64,000 nt of DNA from Solirubrobacteraceae bacterium (GTDB lineage Bacteria > Actinomycetota > Thermoleophilia > Solirubrobacterales > Solirubrobacteraceae): contig DATHMQ010000106.1 of NCBI GenBank assembly GCA_035486935.1, forward strand, positions 1,187 to 65,186. The letters are read 5' to 3'. The translations under genes were made by a program, and so were the position numbers. Below, piece after piece: positions 1 to 9,575 of this stretch. The notes below the pieces were generated by a model. It worked only from the letters and a program-made list of their open reading frames with translations. It was not told the DNA's origin and made no database searches. Within the stretch, counting starts at the first letter, position 1. Each line of letters begins with the position of its first letter.

Positions 1-374
1 TGCGGGCGGGAGCTATGGGTTACCTGCCCAAGGACACTAGCCCCGATCGTCTTCCGGCAGCGCTCAGCGGCGTGCTCAAGGGGGAGGCAGCCTTGCCGCG
101 CACGCTTGTCGGGCGTGTGTTGCAAGAGTTTCGCGCCTTCACCGTCGCTGCGGGCCCAAGCCCGGTGCGGGTGGGCAACGTGCAGTTGACCCCAAGGGAG
201 TCGGAGATCCTGCGGATGCTCGGCTCGGGTTTGACGACCGTCGAGGTCGCCGACATGCTCTCGCTCTCGCCGGTCACCGTTCGCCGCCACATATCAGCCG
301 GAGTGACCAAGCTCGGTGTCGCTGACCGAGACGCGGCGATCCGCGCGATCGAGCCTCTCGCCGCAGCCGGTTGA
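1..374 (+). CDS. NarL/LuxR-family response regulator, 5'-truncated by window edge
   Basis: End of receiver domain (GYLPKD) followed by LuxR HTH (LTPRESEILRMLGSGLTTVEVADMLSLSPVTVRRH). Confidence 0.9.
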   Translation, partial: RAGAMGYLPKDTSPDRLPAALSGVLKGEAALPRTLVGRVLQEFRAFTVAAGPSPVRVGNVQLTPRESEILRMLGSGLTTVEVADMLSLSPVTVRRHISAGVTKLGVADRDAAIRAIEPLAAAG

Positions 375-427
375 GCGCTGCGGCATTCGCCTTGTTGAGG
401 CAGAGCGCGCCGGAGGGCGCCAGGCCT

Positions 428-1144
428 TCAGAGGAGATCCGCGCGCACGGCAAACACGGCGGCCTCGACGCGGCTGTGGACGCCAAGCTTCTCGAAGATG
501 TTCGTCACATGTTGCTTGACGGTGTGTCGGCTGATGGACAACTGCAGCCCGATCGCAGCGTTATCGGCCCCCTCTACCAATAGCCGCAGCACATCCTTCT
601 CGCGCGTGGTCAGCTCCAATCCGCCGGTGCTGGGTCGCATCTGTCTGGCGGCGTGGTCGTTAGGGATTGCCTGTCTCATGAGCGCGTGTACGACCTCCCG
701 AGAGAGCACAACGCGACTGCCGGCCGTTTGACGGATGCTGTCGATGAGCTCATCCGCGGGCGTGCTCTTGAGGATGTAGCCGCAGGCGCCCGCGTCCAGC
801 ACCTCGAGCACATCGACCTCCTCAAGTGTTGTGGTCAGAACCACCATGCGGACCTGGGGGCTCGTCGTTGCGATCTGGCGCAGCGCCTCAGCGCCGGGAG
901 TGTCGGACATGTCGAGATCGAGCACGATCAGGTCCGGTCCGAGCTCGCGCGCCAGGGCTACCGCTTCGGCCCCGTCCTTGGCCTCGCCTACCACGCTCAC
1001 GCCGGCACTCTCCAGCATGTCGCGCAGGCCTTCGCGAAAAAAGTGGTGGTCGTCCGCGAGGACGACGCGTAGAGCATTGCCCGAGCTGTTCACAGGGCGA
1101 ACATAGTCGAATCGCGTGCCTGGTGCCCGACTCGGCATGCCCAC
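428..1144 (-). CDS. NarL/LuxR-family response regulator (true start may be slightly downstream)
   Basis: Receiver motifs LADDH, IVLDLDM, VLTT, YILK intact; C-terminal LuxR HTH LTTREKDVLRLLVEGADNAAIG. Confidence 0.93.
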   Translation of the reverse strand: MGMPSRAPGTRFDYVRPVNSSGNALRVVLADDHHFFREGLRDMLESAGVSVVGEAKDGAEAVALARELGPDLIVLDLDMSDTPGAEALRQIATTSPQVRMVVLTTTLEEVDVLEVLDAGACGYILKSTPADELIDSIRQTAGSRVVLSREVVHALMRQAIPNDHAARQMRPSTGGLELTTREKDVLRLLVEGADNAAIGLQLSISRHTVKQHVTNIFEKLGVHSRVEAAVFAVRADLL

Positions 1145-1158
1145 GTTTGATCGACGGC

Positions 1159-1188
1159 CAAGTGGGCATCTCCCCAGGAGCCCACTTG
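1159..1188. promoter_or_regulatory. Perfect 9-bp inverted repeat in divergent promoter region
   Basis: CAAGTGGGC (1159-1167) / GCCCACTTG (1180-1188); related CAAGTGAGC at 1278-1286. Confidence 0.45.
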
Positions 1189-1323
1189 CGGCTTCTACCT
1201 AGACGCTCACCTCTATATGGGTGAGTGTGTCCAGTGCGGCTCTAAAAGGGTCAAGCGCTACACCGGGTAGACCGAAACAAGTGAGCACATGCCCAAGTCC
1301 ATGCCCATCCCTGGCAGGAGACG

Positions 1324-3384
1324 ATGATGCTCAAGCTTCTAATACGCGACTTTTCGGTAGTTCTACTACTAGTTGCCTTCGCTGCACCATCGGCGTTGGC
1401 GGGTCAATCCTCCCATCATGCAACATCTCGTGCAGCACACTCCCGCGCGGTCCGCCGTGGAGCGAAACACAAGCACAAGGCTCGCCACAAAAGCATCGCC
1501 CCAACCGTTGCCTCGCGCGCGGCGGCGACCATCTCTACGACAACGCTACTCGGAGACAGCGTGGTGGAGACGCATATCGACTCTCTCAAGGCAGGTCGTG
1601 CCAAGGCATTCAGTTTCCAGGCCTCTGTCGCTGGGAGCGGCGAACTGGCGCACGTCTACGTCGACTCTCACAACGCGGCACGTACTCTGACCGTCGGTTT
1701 GTATAGCAATGTCTCCGGTAACCCCGGCTCGTTGTTGAGTACGGGAACTATTTTGAACGCCCAAGCCGGCGCCTGGAACACGGTGTCGCTTGCGCCTACC
1801 GCTCTGCTCGGCGGTGAAACCTACTGGCTTGCGGTGCTAGGTGGGAATGGGACGCTCCGGATCCGCGACCGTAGTGACGGGCCGTGCCTGAGCCAGACCG
1901 ACGCCCAGTCCGGTCTCAGGGCGCTGGCTTTGTCTTGGAGCGCAGGTGAGACGTCCTCGAGTTGTCCGATCTCCGCCTATATGAGTGGAGCGAGCTTGAT
2001 CGCTGATCCACCACCACCGATTGGACCGGTGGAAACGACCCCTCCGGTAGAAAAAGATCCTCCGGCAAAGACTCCCCCCGTCGAAAAAGTCACTCCGGCT
2101 CCGACCGCGGGATTCGTATACGCGCCAAGCGGACCGACCGTAGGTAAGGCGGTCAATTTTAACGCGGCCAGCTCGACCTGCGCGGATAGCCCTTGTACCT
2201 ATGAATGGTCCGATGATGGATCCAACGCCCGCCCGGCGACGGTTCTCTGGCCGCTCGGCAGCGGACAGACGATGTCTTTTACATTCCACGAAGTGGGAAC
2301 CAAGTACGTGCGCCTGGTGATAACCAATGCGGCGGATAAGAGCGCGACGGTCGAGCATAACGTCGTGGTCGCCGCGGAATCTTCCCCTCCGACGGAAACC
2401 AAAGAAACGACAAAAGAACCGGTCAAAGAAACCCCTGAAGAAGCCAAAGAACCGGTCAAAGAAGAACCAAAAGAAGAAGTAGCTAAAGAACAGCCTAAAG
2501 AAGAACCAAAAGAAGTTGTCAAAGAAGAACTCAAAGAAGTCAAGAAAGAAGAATCAAGCAGTCAGACCAACTGTATAAAAGTGCCGTCGGCCTGCGGCTA
2601 CCCGGACTCGACCAACACGGGAGTACCGGCTGGCACGACCTTGAAATCCCAAACAAACGACATTACGGTGACCACTCCCGGAACGACGATCAAGGACGTT
2701 GCTCTGGAAGGCTCGATCAGTGTTGAAGCAAACAATACGACGATCGAAGACACCGATGTCACGGTAAACGGGACCCAGACATGCGGTGAATCCTGTGGTG
2801 GGCGGGGAATCTGGATAAAGCCCGGTGTCACCGGTACGTTGATCCAGAATGTTGCCTGTCATGGAGGCGCTCTGTCTGGGGCCAATGTCACCCAGTACTG
2901 CGTCATGAGCAATAATTCAACTACCACAATCAAGCAGTTGCATGCCTACAATTGCACGGAGTGCCTTGCGGGACCGATGAACCTCTCGAACTCCTTCATC
3001 AACGAGAGCGACGCGACGATTCCCCAAGAACACTATGAGGACATCTACTACGGCGGTGGTGGCGGTCCGCTGATCGTCAACCACAACACGATGCTCAACC
3101 AGCAGGGCCAGACGGCGGTTGTGTTCGCCAGCGTAGATTTCGGTAACCAGACGACGCTCACCATCACCAACAATCTGATGGCTGGAGGCGGCTACACGAT
3201 CTACGGCGGCGGTAGTGGCAGCGGCGGCAAAGTCGTCGGCCCAGTCACGATCACGGGCAACCGCTTCAGTCGTGAGTTCTATCCAAACGGCGGCTCCTAT
3301 GGCGTAGCCGCCTACATGAACGAAGCGGTCACCAGTTGGTCAGGCAACGTGTGGGACGAAACGTTGAAGAGCGTCGAACGCTGA
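1324..3384 (+). CDS. Secreted modular protein: DUF4082-like beta-sandwich, PKD domain, E/K/P linker, C-terminal beta-helix-like domain
   Basis: RBS AGGAG; signal peptide; PKD-like segment PTAGFVYAPSGPTVGKAVNFNAASS...YEWS; C-terminal repeats such as LTITNNL and VTITGNRF; paralog of 4710-7175. Confidence 0.8.
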   Translation: MMLKLLIRDFSVVLLLVAFAAPSALAGQSSHHATSRAAHSRAVRRGAKHKHKARHKSIAPTVASRAAATISTTTLLGDSVVETHIDSLKAGRAKAFSFQASVAGSGELAHVYVDSHNAARTLTVGLYSNVSGNPGSLLSTGTILNAQAGAWNTVSLAPTALLGGETYWLAVLGGNGTLRIRDRSDGPCLSQTDAQSGLRALALSWSAGETSSSCPISAYMSGASLIADPPPPIGPVETTPPVEKDPPAKTPPVEKVTPAPTAGFVYAPSGPTVGKAVNFNAASSTCADSPCTYEWSDDGSNARPATVLWPLGSGQTMSFTFHEVGTKYVRLVITNAADKSATVEHNVVVAAESSPPTETKETTKEPVKETPEEAKEPVKEEPKEEVAKEQPKEEPKEVVKEELKEVKKEESSSQTNCIKVPSACGYPDSTNTGVPAGTTLKSQTNDITVTTPGTTIKDVALEGSISVEANNTTIEDTDVTVNGTQTCGESCGGRGIWIKPGVTGTLIQNVACHGGALSGANVTQYCVMSNNSTTTIKQLHAYNCTECLAGPMNLSNSFINESDATIPQEHYEDIYYGGGGGPLIVNHNTMLNQQGQTAVVFASVDFGNQTTLTITNNLMAGGGYTIYGGGSGSGGKVVGPVTITGNRFSREFYPNGGSYGVAAYMNEAVTSWSGNVWDETLKSVER
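2390..2550 (+). repeat. Coding low-complexity repeat (KEP/KEE units, AAAGAA-rich)
   Basis: Purine-rich AAAGAA repeats encoding TETKETTKEPVKETPEEAKEPVKEEPKEEVAKEQPKEEPKE. Confidence 0.85.
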
Positions 3385-3411
3385 TCCCGGCGAGATAGCA
3401 AGGCAGCAGCG

Positions 3412-3445
3412 ACGGAGGCGGCTCGAAGTCGAGTCGCCTCCGTTT
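3412..3445. terminator. Long hairpin between convergent genes, probable terminator
   Basis: ACGGAGGCGGCTCGA-ag-TCGAGTCGCCTCCGT followed by TT, about 27 bp after the stop at 3384. Confidence 0.7.
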
Positions 3446-3516
3446 GACGCTCTACAGCCCCGCTGACGTTCTAAGCCGCCGGCCGCGGATTACTCGACGA
3501 AGGCAGTGGCACGAGC

Positions 3517-4581
3517 TCAGCAGAGCGCGACCTTGTCCCCATCTCCAACCTGAAGACGCATCGCCCGCGGCACCGAGAAGTCCCGGAAGACCCGAGCCTC
3601 ACGGCCGACAATGCTCCCCACCAGGCGCCCACCCACGTGGATCACGCTTGACCCGGCAAACAGGATCGAGCGCTCGATCTCCGCGCCCTCGACGTGCACA
3701 CGCTCGCCGATCGAGGTATGTGGCCCGATATACGAGTCGACCACGCGCGCGCCGGCGCCAATGACGATCGGCCCGCAGAGCACACTCGTGCTCACCGATG
3801 CAGTCGGGTCGACGAGCACGCGTCCTTCGAAGCGGTTGCCGTCGCGCTGAGGAAGAGAGGCTTGCGGCTCGATCCCGTCCAAGACCGCGCGGTTCATGTC
3901 GAGCAGGTCGATCGGGTCGCCAAGAAACGCACGCCACTCGCGCACAACGCGTACCTGCATGCGGGCGTTCTCGCGGGCTATCAAGCACTCGGCGAGAGTC
4001 TTCAGCTCGACCGCAGGGCTCCTTGAGGGGTAATGCAAGCCCTCGAGTGCGCCTACTCCAAGGATGCAAACGCCGGCCATCCCAAGTGCCGAGTTGCTGG
4101 GATCGAGCTCGGCCACGCGGAGTATCTGCTGTGTGGAAGGCCCCAGCGGTTCGGAGTTGCGAGCGCCCTGTGCGACGAGCAGCACCACATCCGAGCCCTC
4201 TTCGCTCAACACATCGAGAAAAGGCCGCAATGGCTGACCCAAGAGTCCGTCGGAGCGATGCACGATCGTTGCGGCGCCCTCCGCGAACTGTGCGATCGAG
4301 CGCAACAAGTCCGCCGGATCGGTTTGCGCTTGATGGGCTAGATAGCGCAGAGGTGGGCGCGGCTGGCTATCGCTCTCGATACAGATCGAGATCTCCTCGA
4401 CCAGCTCCGCGGGCGCGAGAACGGCGACCTCCTCCACGCCGGCCGCGGTCAGAGCGTCGAGCACGTGGCAGACGATCGGCCGATTGGCGATCCCCTGTAG
4501 CGAGGTTGTGCGGGTAGCGTCCAGCCACGGTCCCGTTGAGCGGGCCGCTGGAGGGATCAGGATGACGCCCCTGACTTGCAC
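3517..4581 (-). CDS. Glucose-1-phosphate thymidylyltransferase (long form)-like protein with left-handed beta-helix; active site degenerate
   Basis: IANRPIVCHVLDALTAAGV and C-terminal GPIVIGAGARVVDSYIGPHTSIG...EIERSI match the family; GGxGTRL loop absent; GTG start at 4581 chosen. Confidence 0.8.
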   Translation of the reverse strand: MQVRGVILIPPAARSTGPWLDATRTTSLQGIANRPIVCHVLDALTAAGVEEVAVLAPAELVEEISICIESDSQPRPPLRYLAHQAQTDPADLLRSIAQFAEGAATIVHRSDGLLGQPLRPFLDVLSEEGSDVVLLVAQGARNSEPLGPSTQQILRVAELDPSNSALGMAGVCILGVGALEGLHYPSRSPAVELKTLAECLIARENARMQVRVVREWRAFLGDPIDLLDMNRAVLDGIEPQASLPQRDGNRFEGRVLVDPTASVSTSVLCGPIVIGAGARVVDSYIGPHTSIGERVHVEGAEIERSILFAGSSVIHVGGRLVGSIVGREARVFRDFSVPRAMRLQVGDGDKVALC

Positions 4582-4709
4582 CCATACAAAACGTTCGCAA
4601 TAGCCCAGTGCTCGCACGCGGATTTGAGATCCGCCAAAAACGTCCGTCCTATGCAGTAGCATCTGGAACAGTGCCTGAGTGCCACCCACCTGCCGCCGTG
4701 GCGGTAAGG

Positions 4710-7175
4710 ATGCGCGTGCTGTTGGCGATCACGACGATCTTTGTCGTCACAATCGCCGCCTTTGTGCTGCTCGCACGGCCCAGCGGCGCTTCGGCAAGCA
4801 CAACGGCCACGCAAGCGCACGTAAAGAAGAAGGCGTCCCGTAGGCAGACCAAGCTTACCCGTTGTGTCGTAGTCAAGCCCAAGCACACCTCGGGCAAATC
4901 CTCCAGCCGTCGTTCGGGAGCTAGAGGCAAGTCTGTGGTCTGCACGGTCTTTCATCTTCGTCCCAAGGCGCCGCAGGTGCCCGGTGGCGCTGGCGCGACC
5001 CTCGGCACAGGAACAAGTCCGGTAGCGGCAGGGACCAGTCCTCTGGTGCTTCAGCTGGTTCCGCCAAGCGAAGAAACGATTCCGCCGGGCAAAGAGGTCC
5101 CGCCCGGCAAAGAACCAACTAAAGAAGTCCCGCCCGGCAAAGAACCAACCAAAGAACCCACAAAAGAACCGCCGGGCAAAAAAACGACTCCGCCGGTTGA
5201 AACTGGCGGCACTCTGGTCGGCAGCACGACGGTGCAACCTCATGTCGACACCGATACCGCTGGCTCCGCCGAAGCCTTCCAGTACAAGGCCTCGGCCACC
5301 GGCACCATCAACAGCCTCGATCTCTACGTGCCCCAGGCGAGCACGGCCACCTCGATCGTTGTAGGGCTCTACAGCAGCGTCGCGGGCCACCCGGCAACGT
5401 TGCTGACCAGCGCCACGATTGAAGAACCGACCGCGAATGCTTGGAACAGCGTCGAAGTCTCCCCGGTCAGCGTGAGCGCAGGCTCGGAATACTGGTTGGC
5501 GGCGCTGGCGCCAAGCGGCAAGCTGGCGGTCACGGACATTGAAAGTGGCGGCGCGCCAACGCAGGAAAGTAGCTCCCACTCGCTTGAAGAACTGCCCTCC
5601 TCGTGGGGCACCGGAGCCGTCTACAAAAACTCGCCTGCCTCGTTCAACGCCTCCGGAAAATCCGCGAGCAAAGGGCCGGAAGAACCAACCGAACCAAAAG
5701 AACCGGAAGAACCGGAAGAACCCAAAGAACCCAAGGAACCGGAAGAGCCGGTGGCAAGCTTCAGCTATAGCCCCAGCTCGCCCACGGTTGGCCAGTCGGT
5801 CACATTCAATGGCTCCAGCTCAACATGCCCGGGCGGGCCCTGTACGTACGAATGGTCCAACGACGACGGCCCGAACCAGCCGATCCCACCCCAAACACCG
5901 CTTGGCAACGGTAAGAGCATCTCGTTGACCTTCTCGACCGCCGGCATCCAGTACATACGTTTGCTGGTCACCAACGTGCTCGGTCAGTCGGCCACGGTCG
6001 AGCACAACGTCGCCGTCGCCCCCGAACCGCCGCCGCCCCCACCGCCGACCGCGCCGAGCAACACCGCGGTGCCGAAGATCAACGGCACTGCCGAAGTTGG
6101 CCAAACGCTGAGCGCGACCACCGGCAGCTGGGCAGGGAGCACGCCGATCAGCTACAGCTACCAGTGGCAGCAGGACAGCACCATGAACATCGCGGGCGCG
6201 ACGAGCTCGAGCTATGAACCGGTGACGAGCGACGTCGGTCACACCCTCGACGTGGTCGTGACCGCCGGCAACAGCGCTGGTAAAGCCTCGGCCACGAGCG
6301 CGCAGACCGCGGCTGTTGCCAAAGAAGCAAGCGTGGGTGGTCAGCAGACCAACTGCATCAAAGTCCCCTCAGCCTGCGGTTATCCAGATGCCACCAACAC
6401 CGGCGTGCCGGCCGGCACGGCGCTGAAAAGCGAATCGCAGAACATCAATGTGAACAAAGTCGGAACCACGATCAAGGACATCGCCCTCAACGGCGCAATC
6501 AGCGTCGAAGCCAACAACACCACGATCGAAGACTCCGAAATCACAGTCGAAGGAACCCAGACGTGCGGCAAATCCTGCGGGGGGCGCGGAATCTGGATCA
6601 AGCCCGGCGTCACCGGCACGGTCATCAAGAACGTAACCTGCCACGGTGCGGCTCCCACGGGCGAAAACGTCACGCAATACTGCATCATGAGCAACGACTC
6701 CGACACCACGATCGAACACCTGCACGCCTACTACTGCACGGAGTGCCTGGCCGGGGCGATGGACCTCTCGGAATCGTTCATCGACGAGACGGGCGCCATG
6801 ATCCCCGAAGAACATTACGAGGACATCTACTACGGCGGCGGCGCCGGCCCGCTGATCGTCAACCACAACACGATGCTCAACCCCGAGGGCCAGACGGCAG
6901 TCGTGTTCGCCAGCGTCGACTTCGGCGATCAGACGACGCTCACCATCACAAACAACCTGATGGCGGGTGGCGGCTACACGATCTACGGCGGCGGTAGTGG
7001 CAGCGGCGGCAAAGTCGTCGGCCCTGTCACGATCACCGGCAATCGCTTCAGCCGCAAGTACTACCCAGAAAGCGGCTCATACGGGGTCGCCTCCTACCTT
7101 GAAAACTCGGTCACCAGCTGGTCGGGCAACGTTTGGGACGAAACGCTCAAGACCGTGCCGATGCCCGGAGGTTGA
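4710..7175 (+). CDS. Secreted modular protein, paralog of 1324-3384, with an extra Ig-like domain
   Basis: Hydrophobic N-terminus; same DUF4082-like, PKD and beta-helix blocks; extra PSNTAVPKINGTAEVGQTLSATTGSW...YSYQWQ module; PPGKE and EPKEPEE repeats. Confidence 0.82.
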   Translation: MRVLLAITTIFVVTIAAFVLLARPSGASASTTATQAHVKKKASRRQTKLTRCVVVKPKHTSGKSSSRRSGARGKSVVCTVFHLRPKAPQVPGGAGATLGTGTSPVAAGTSPLVLQLVPPSEETIPPGKEVPPGKEPTKEVPPGKEPTKEPTKEPPGKKTTPPVETGGTLVGSTTVQPHVDTDTAGSAEAFQYKASATGTINSLDLYVPQASTATSIVVGLYSSVAGHPATLLTSATIEEPTANAWNSVEVSPVSVSAGSEYWLAALAPSGKLAVTDIESGGAPTQESSSHSLEELPSSWGTGAVYKNSPASFNASGKSASKGPEEPTEPKEPEEPEEPKEPKEPEEPVASFSYSPSSPTVGQSVTFNGSSSTCPGGPCTYEWSNDDGPNQPIPPQTPLGNGKSISLTFSTAGIQYIRLLVTNVLGQSATVEHNVAVAPEPPPPPPPTAPSNTAVPKINGTAEVGQTLSATTGSWAGSTPISYSYQWQQDSTMNIAGATSSSYEPVTSDVGHTLDVVVTAGNSAGKASATSAQTAAVAKEASVGGQQTNCIKVPSACGYPDATNTGVPAGTALKSESQNINVNKVGTTIKDIALNGAISVEANNTTIEDSEITVEGTQTCGKSCGGRGIWIKPGVTGTVIKNVTCHGAAPTGENVTQYCIMSNDSDTTIEHLHAYYCTECLAGAMDLSESFIDETGAMIPEEHYEDIYYGGGAGPLIVNHNTMLNPEGQTAVVFASVDFGDQTTLTITNNLMAGGGYTIYGGGSGSGGKVVGPVTITGNRFSRKYYPESGSYGVASYLENSVTSWSGNVWDETLKTVPMPGG

Positions 7176-7181
7176 GCTGTG

Positions 7182-7203
7182 AGCCCTCGGCGTGCCGAGG
7201 GCT
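7182..7203. terminator. Hairpin, probable terminator between convergent genes
   Basis: AGCCCTCGGC-gt-GCCGAGGGCT just after the stop at 7175. Confidence 0.65.
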
Positions 7204-7269
7204 TGGTCGAAAGCGGACGGACCAGCACGCGCCAAGGGGGTTGGTCGGGGCTCGATAGACGCAGTGCGT

Positions 7270-8241
7270 CTATCGAGACAGGTGCTTGCCCGGCCTGAGC
7301 GCACCCAGCATCCGCGCGCGTAGCTCGCCGTGCACAAAACGCCGGAACTCAGCATCTTCCACACGCGGAACGCGCCGTACGGCCGAGCGCAAGTAGCCGT
7401 AGAGAAAAGCGATACCAGAGAGCCCACGTGGGCGCGAGAGCGCCAGCTTGAAAGCTCTCAAGGTCACCCATGGAAGCGTGAAGTGCACGATGTAGGCGCA
7501 CTCGCCATGGCGCGCACGCCCTCTGAGCGTGCCGTCGGCGCTGCCCCAGGGGCGGTGATGGTGGGCGATCAGGTCAGGGTATGCACGAGTTCGATAGCCG
7601 CGCAGGCGCGCATAGGTCTCGTCGATCGTGTCCCAACCGAGCCGTTCCTGCATGCCCCCAACCGCCTGCAGGCAGCTGCGCGAGTAGCACTTCAGCGTGC
7701 CAGGCACATGGTGCTCGGAGGGGATGCCGACCACCTTCCAGCCGGTCCCATCCGGGTTGGGATCGGGGTCGGCGTACACGCCTCCGGCAAGGCCCAGTTT
7801 CGGGTCGCGCTCGAACTCGGCCAGCACTCGCTCGAAGTAGTCGGCCGGCAGCTCGGTATCGCCATCGAGCTTGGCTATGTGCGTGAAGTCCTCCCAGGCG
7901 ACGCTGTTCAAGCCGAGGTTGAACGCCCGCGCCTCGGCGGCAGTGGCGAGACGGTCGGGTACGGCTCCGATCTTGGGCAGCTTGGAGGTATCGAGCACGC
8001 GCAGGAAATCGATGCGCGAGATCAGCTCCTCGAGGATCTGCGGCGTGCGGTCGGTGGAGCCGTCGTCCACGACAATCCACAGATCGGGAGGACGAGTCTG
8101 AGTCGCGATCGCGTTTGCGACCAGCTCCAGGTATGCCTCCTCGTTGCGCACAGGAGAGATCAACAGCAGCCGCTGGCTTGCCTGCTCGTGGGGAGTCGGC
8201 GAGCCGGCCTCGATTGCAGGCGTATCGAGCGTCTCGGGCAT
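7270..8241 (-). CDS. Glycosyltransferase family 2
   Basis: ISPVRNEE, VVDDGSTD, KLDGD (DxD) and GWDTIDE motifs; start MPETLD at 8241. Confidence 0.9.
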   Translation of the reverse strand: MPETLDTPAIEAGSPTPHEQASQRLLLISPVRNEEAYLELVANAIATQTRPPDLWIVVDDGSTDRTPQILEELISRIDFLRVLDTSKLPKIGAVPDRLATAAEARAFNLGLNSVAWEDFTHIAKLDGDTELPADYFERVLAEFERDPKLGLAGGVYADPDPNPDGTGWKVVGIPSEHHVPGTLKCYSRSCLQAVGGMQERLGWDTIDETYARLRGYRTRAYPDLIAHHHRPWGSADGTLRGRARHGECAYIVHFTLPWVTLRAFKLALSRPRGLSGIAFLYGYLRSAVRRVPRVEDAEFRRFVHGELRARMLGALRPGKHLSR

Positions 8242-8264
8242 CGTCAAAGCAACGCTTCGGCAGA

Positions 8265-9527
8265 TCACACGCTTGCGGGCGATCCCGTATGGCCGGCGGT
8301 ATGCACCGCCTCGCGGATCACGCGCTCGATTGTCGCCCCAGCGTCCTGCCAAGACGCCCCGGCCACGCTCGCGGCTGCCGTCTGCGCGGCCGCGGCACGC
8401 TCCTCGGCGGGCCGCTCCACCAGCGCCGAGAGCGCGTTGGCCAGGTCGAAGGGCGTCGCCGGCGCATAGACAACCTCGGGGTTGTCGAGCACCATCCGGT
8501 TGTGCTCGGCGTCGTTGACCACGGGAATGCACCCAGCCGCAAGCATCTCGTGAGGAGCGAGCGAGACATTGGTTGCAGAGAGAACGAGGCCGGCGACGCA
8601 GCGGTTGTAGAGGGCGTTCAGCTCGTCCGGAGCAAGTAGCCCATGGTCGGTCGCAGCAAACGTCAGCCCGCGGGCGGGCTCGCCATACAGGTGGATGTCG
8701 ACCTCGGGATGGCGCTCGGCGAACAGGTCCAGAGCCGCGCAGGCAAGCTCGAACGCACGACGGGGAGTGGAGGGCCGCGAATACAGGCAAACCCCGGTGC
8801 GCTGAGCGTGCGAGTCCAGTCGATAGCGCTCCAAGTCGCAGCCGAAGTCGAACCAGTCCGTGCTCATCCCGTACTCGCGCTCGAGCATCCCGGCCAGCCA
8901 GCGCCCGGCGGTCAGCCCATGGAAGCCGAAGCGGTAGGTGGCCTCGGCAAGCAGGGCATTGCTTCCGGCCGCGTAGAACAGCGGCTCATAGTCCTGCACC
9001 AGATACATACGCGCCCCCTTGGCAAGCGAGGTCAGTACCGGATAGGCGGTTTCCCAGGAAGTGGCAAAGATCGCATGCGAATCGGCGATGCCGTCGGCGG
9101 CATCGCGAATCTCGGCTTTCAGCGAAGGCCACCAAGCGTGCATTGTGCGCTGATGCTGCTCGATCGACCAGCCATGGCGATCCTGCAGGTAGATCGTGCA
9201 GCGGTGTCCAGCACTCTCGAGCGCGCAGGCGAGTCGACTGATCGTGGTGAAGCCACCGGCTCCAGCGCTCTGAGGCACGCAAACCCAAGCCACCTCCAGC
9301 GGCTCTCCGTCTTGCAGGGCAAGCGGCGCGGGCAGATTCCAGCCGGCGCCGGCTATCTCCGCAGCCCGTACAAGATCCTCGCGGGCGACCGGCAAGGGCA
9401 CGCTGCCGGCAGGAGAGATCCGATCAGCAGCGCGGGCACGTAGCCGTGTCGCGACACCCGCATACCCTTCGGCTTGAAGCAGCCGGCGTGTCTGCAGCAT
9501 GCGCTCGCGCACCGTGGGACGGCTCAT
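8265..9527 (-). CDS. GT-B glycosyltransferase, WsaF/rhamnosyltransferase-like
   Basis: GAGGFTTI, FATSWETAY, YLVQDYEP, RPSTPRRAFEL and SLAPHEMLAAGC motifs. Confidence 0.85.
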   Translation of the reverse strand: MSRPTVRERMLQTRRLLQAEGYAGVATRLRARAADRISPAGSVPLPVAREDLVRAAEIAGAGWNLPAPLALQDGEPLEVAWVCVPQSAGAGGFTTISRLACALESAGHRCTIYLQDRHGWSIEQHQRTMHAWWPSLKAEIRDAADGIADSHAIFATSWETAYPVLTSLAKGARMYLVQDYEPLFYAAGSNALLAEATYRFGFHGLTAGRWLAGMLEREYGMSTDWFDFGCDLERYRLDSHAQRTGVCLYSRPSTPRRAFELACAALDLFAERHPEVDIHLYGEPARGLTFAATDHGLLAPDELNALYNRCVAGLVLSATNVSLAPHEMLAAGCIPVVNDAEHNRMVLDNPEVVYAPATPFDLANALSALVERPAEERAAAAQTAAASVAGASWQDAGATIERVIREAVHTAGHTGSPASV

Positions 9528-9575
9528 GCATATAAAACGCTCGCTGCCAGAACGAACTTGTATAGACGCTCCCGC

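Noticed and set aside
4557-5579. Long antisense and alternate-frame ORFs (e.g. 4557-5579, 7330-8469, 9690-10733, 22851-24086, 28845-29879, 33872-34903)
   Set aside because: They overlap well-supported genes, are Arg/Ala/Gly-rich with no motifs, and are expected shadow ORFs in high-GC DNA
8242-8790. Long N-terminal extensions given by the ORF track (GT2 to 8790, efeB to 36710, cysC to 41080, giant protein to 22809, Gfo to 61143, CCG subunit to 63065)
   Set aside because: They overlap upstream genes; downstream starts have an RBS, a start/stop overlap or a signal peptide
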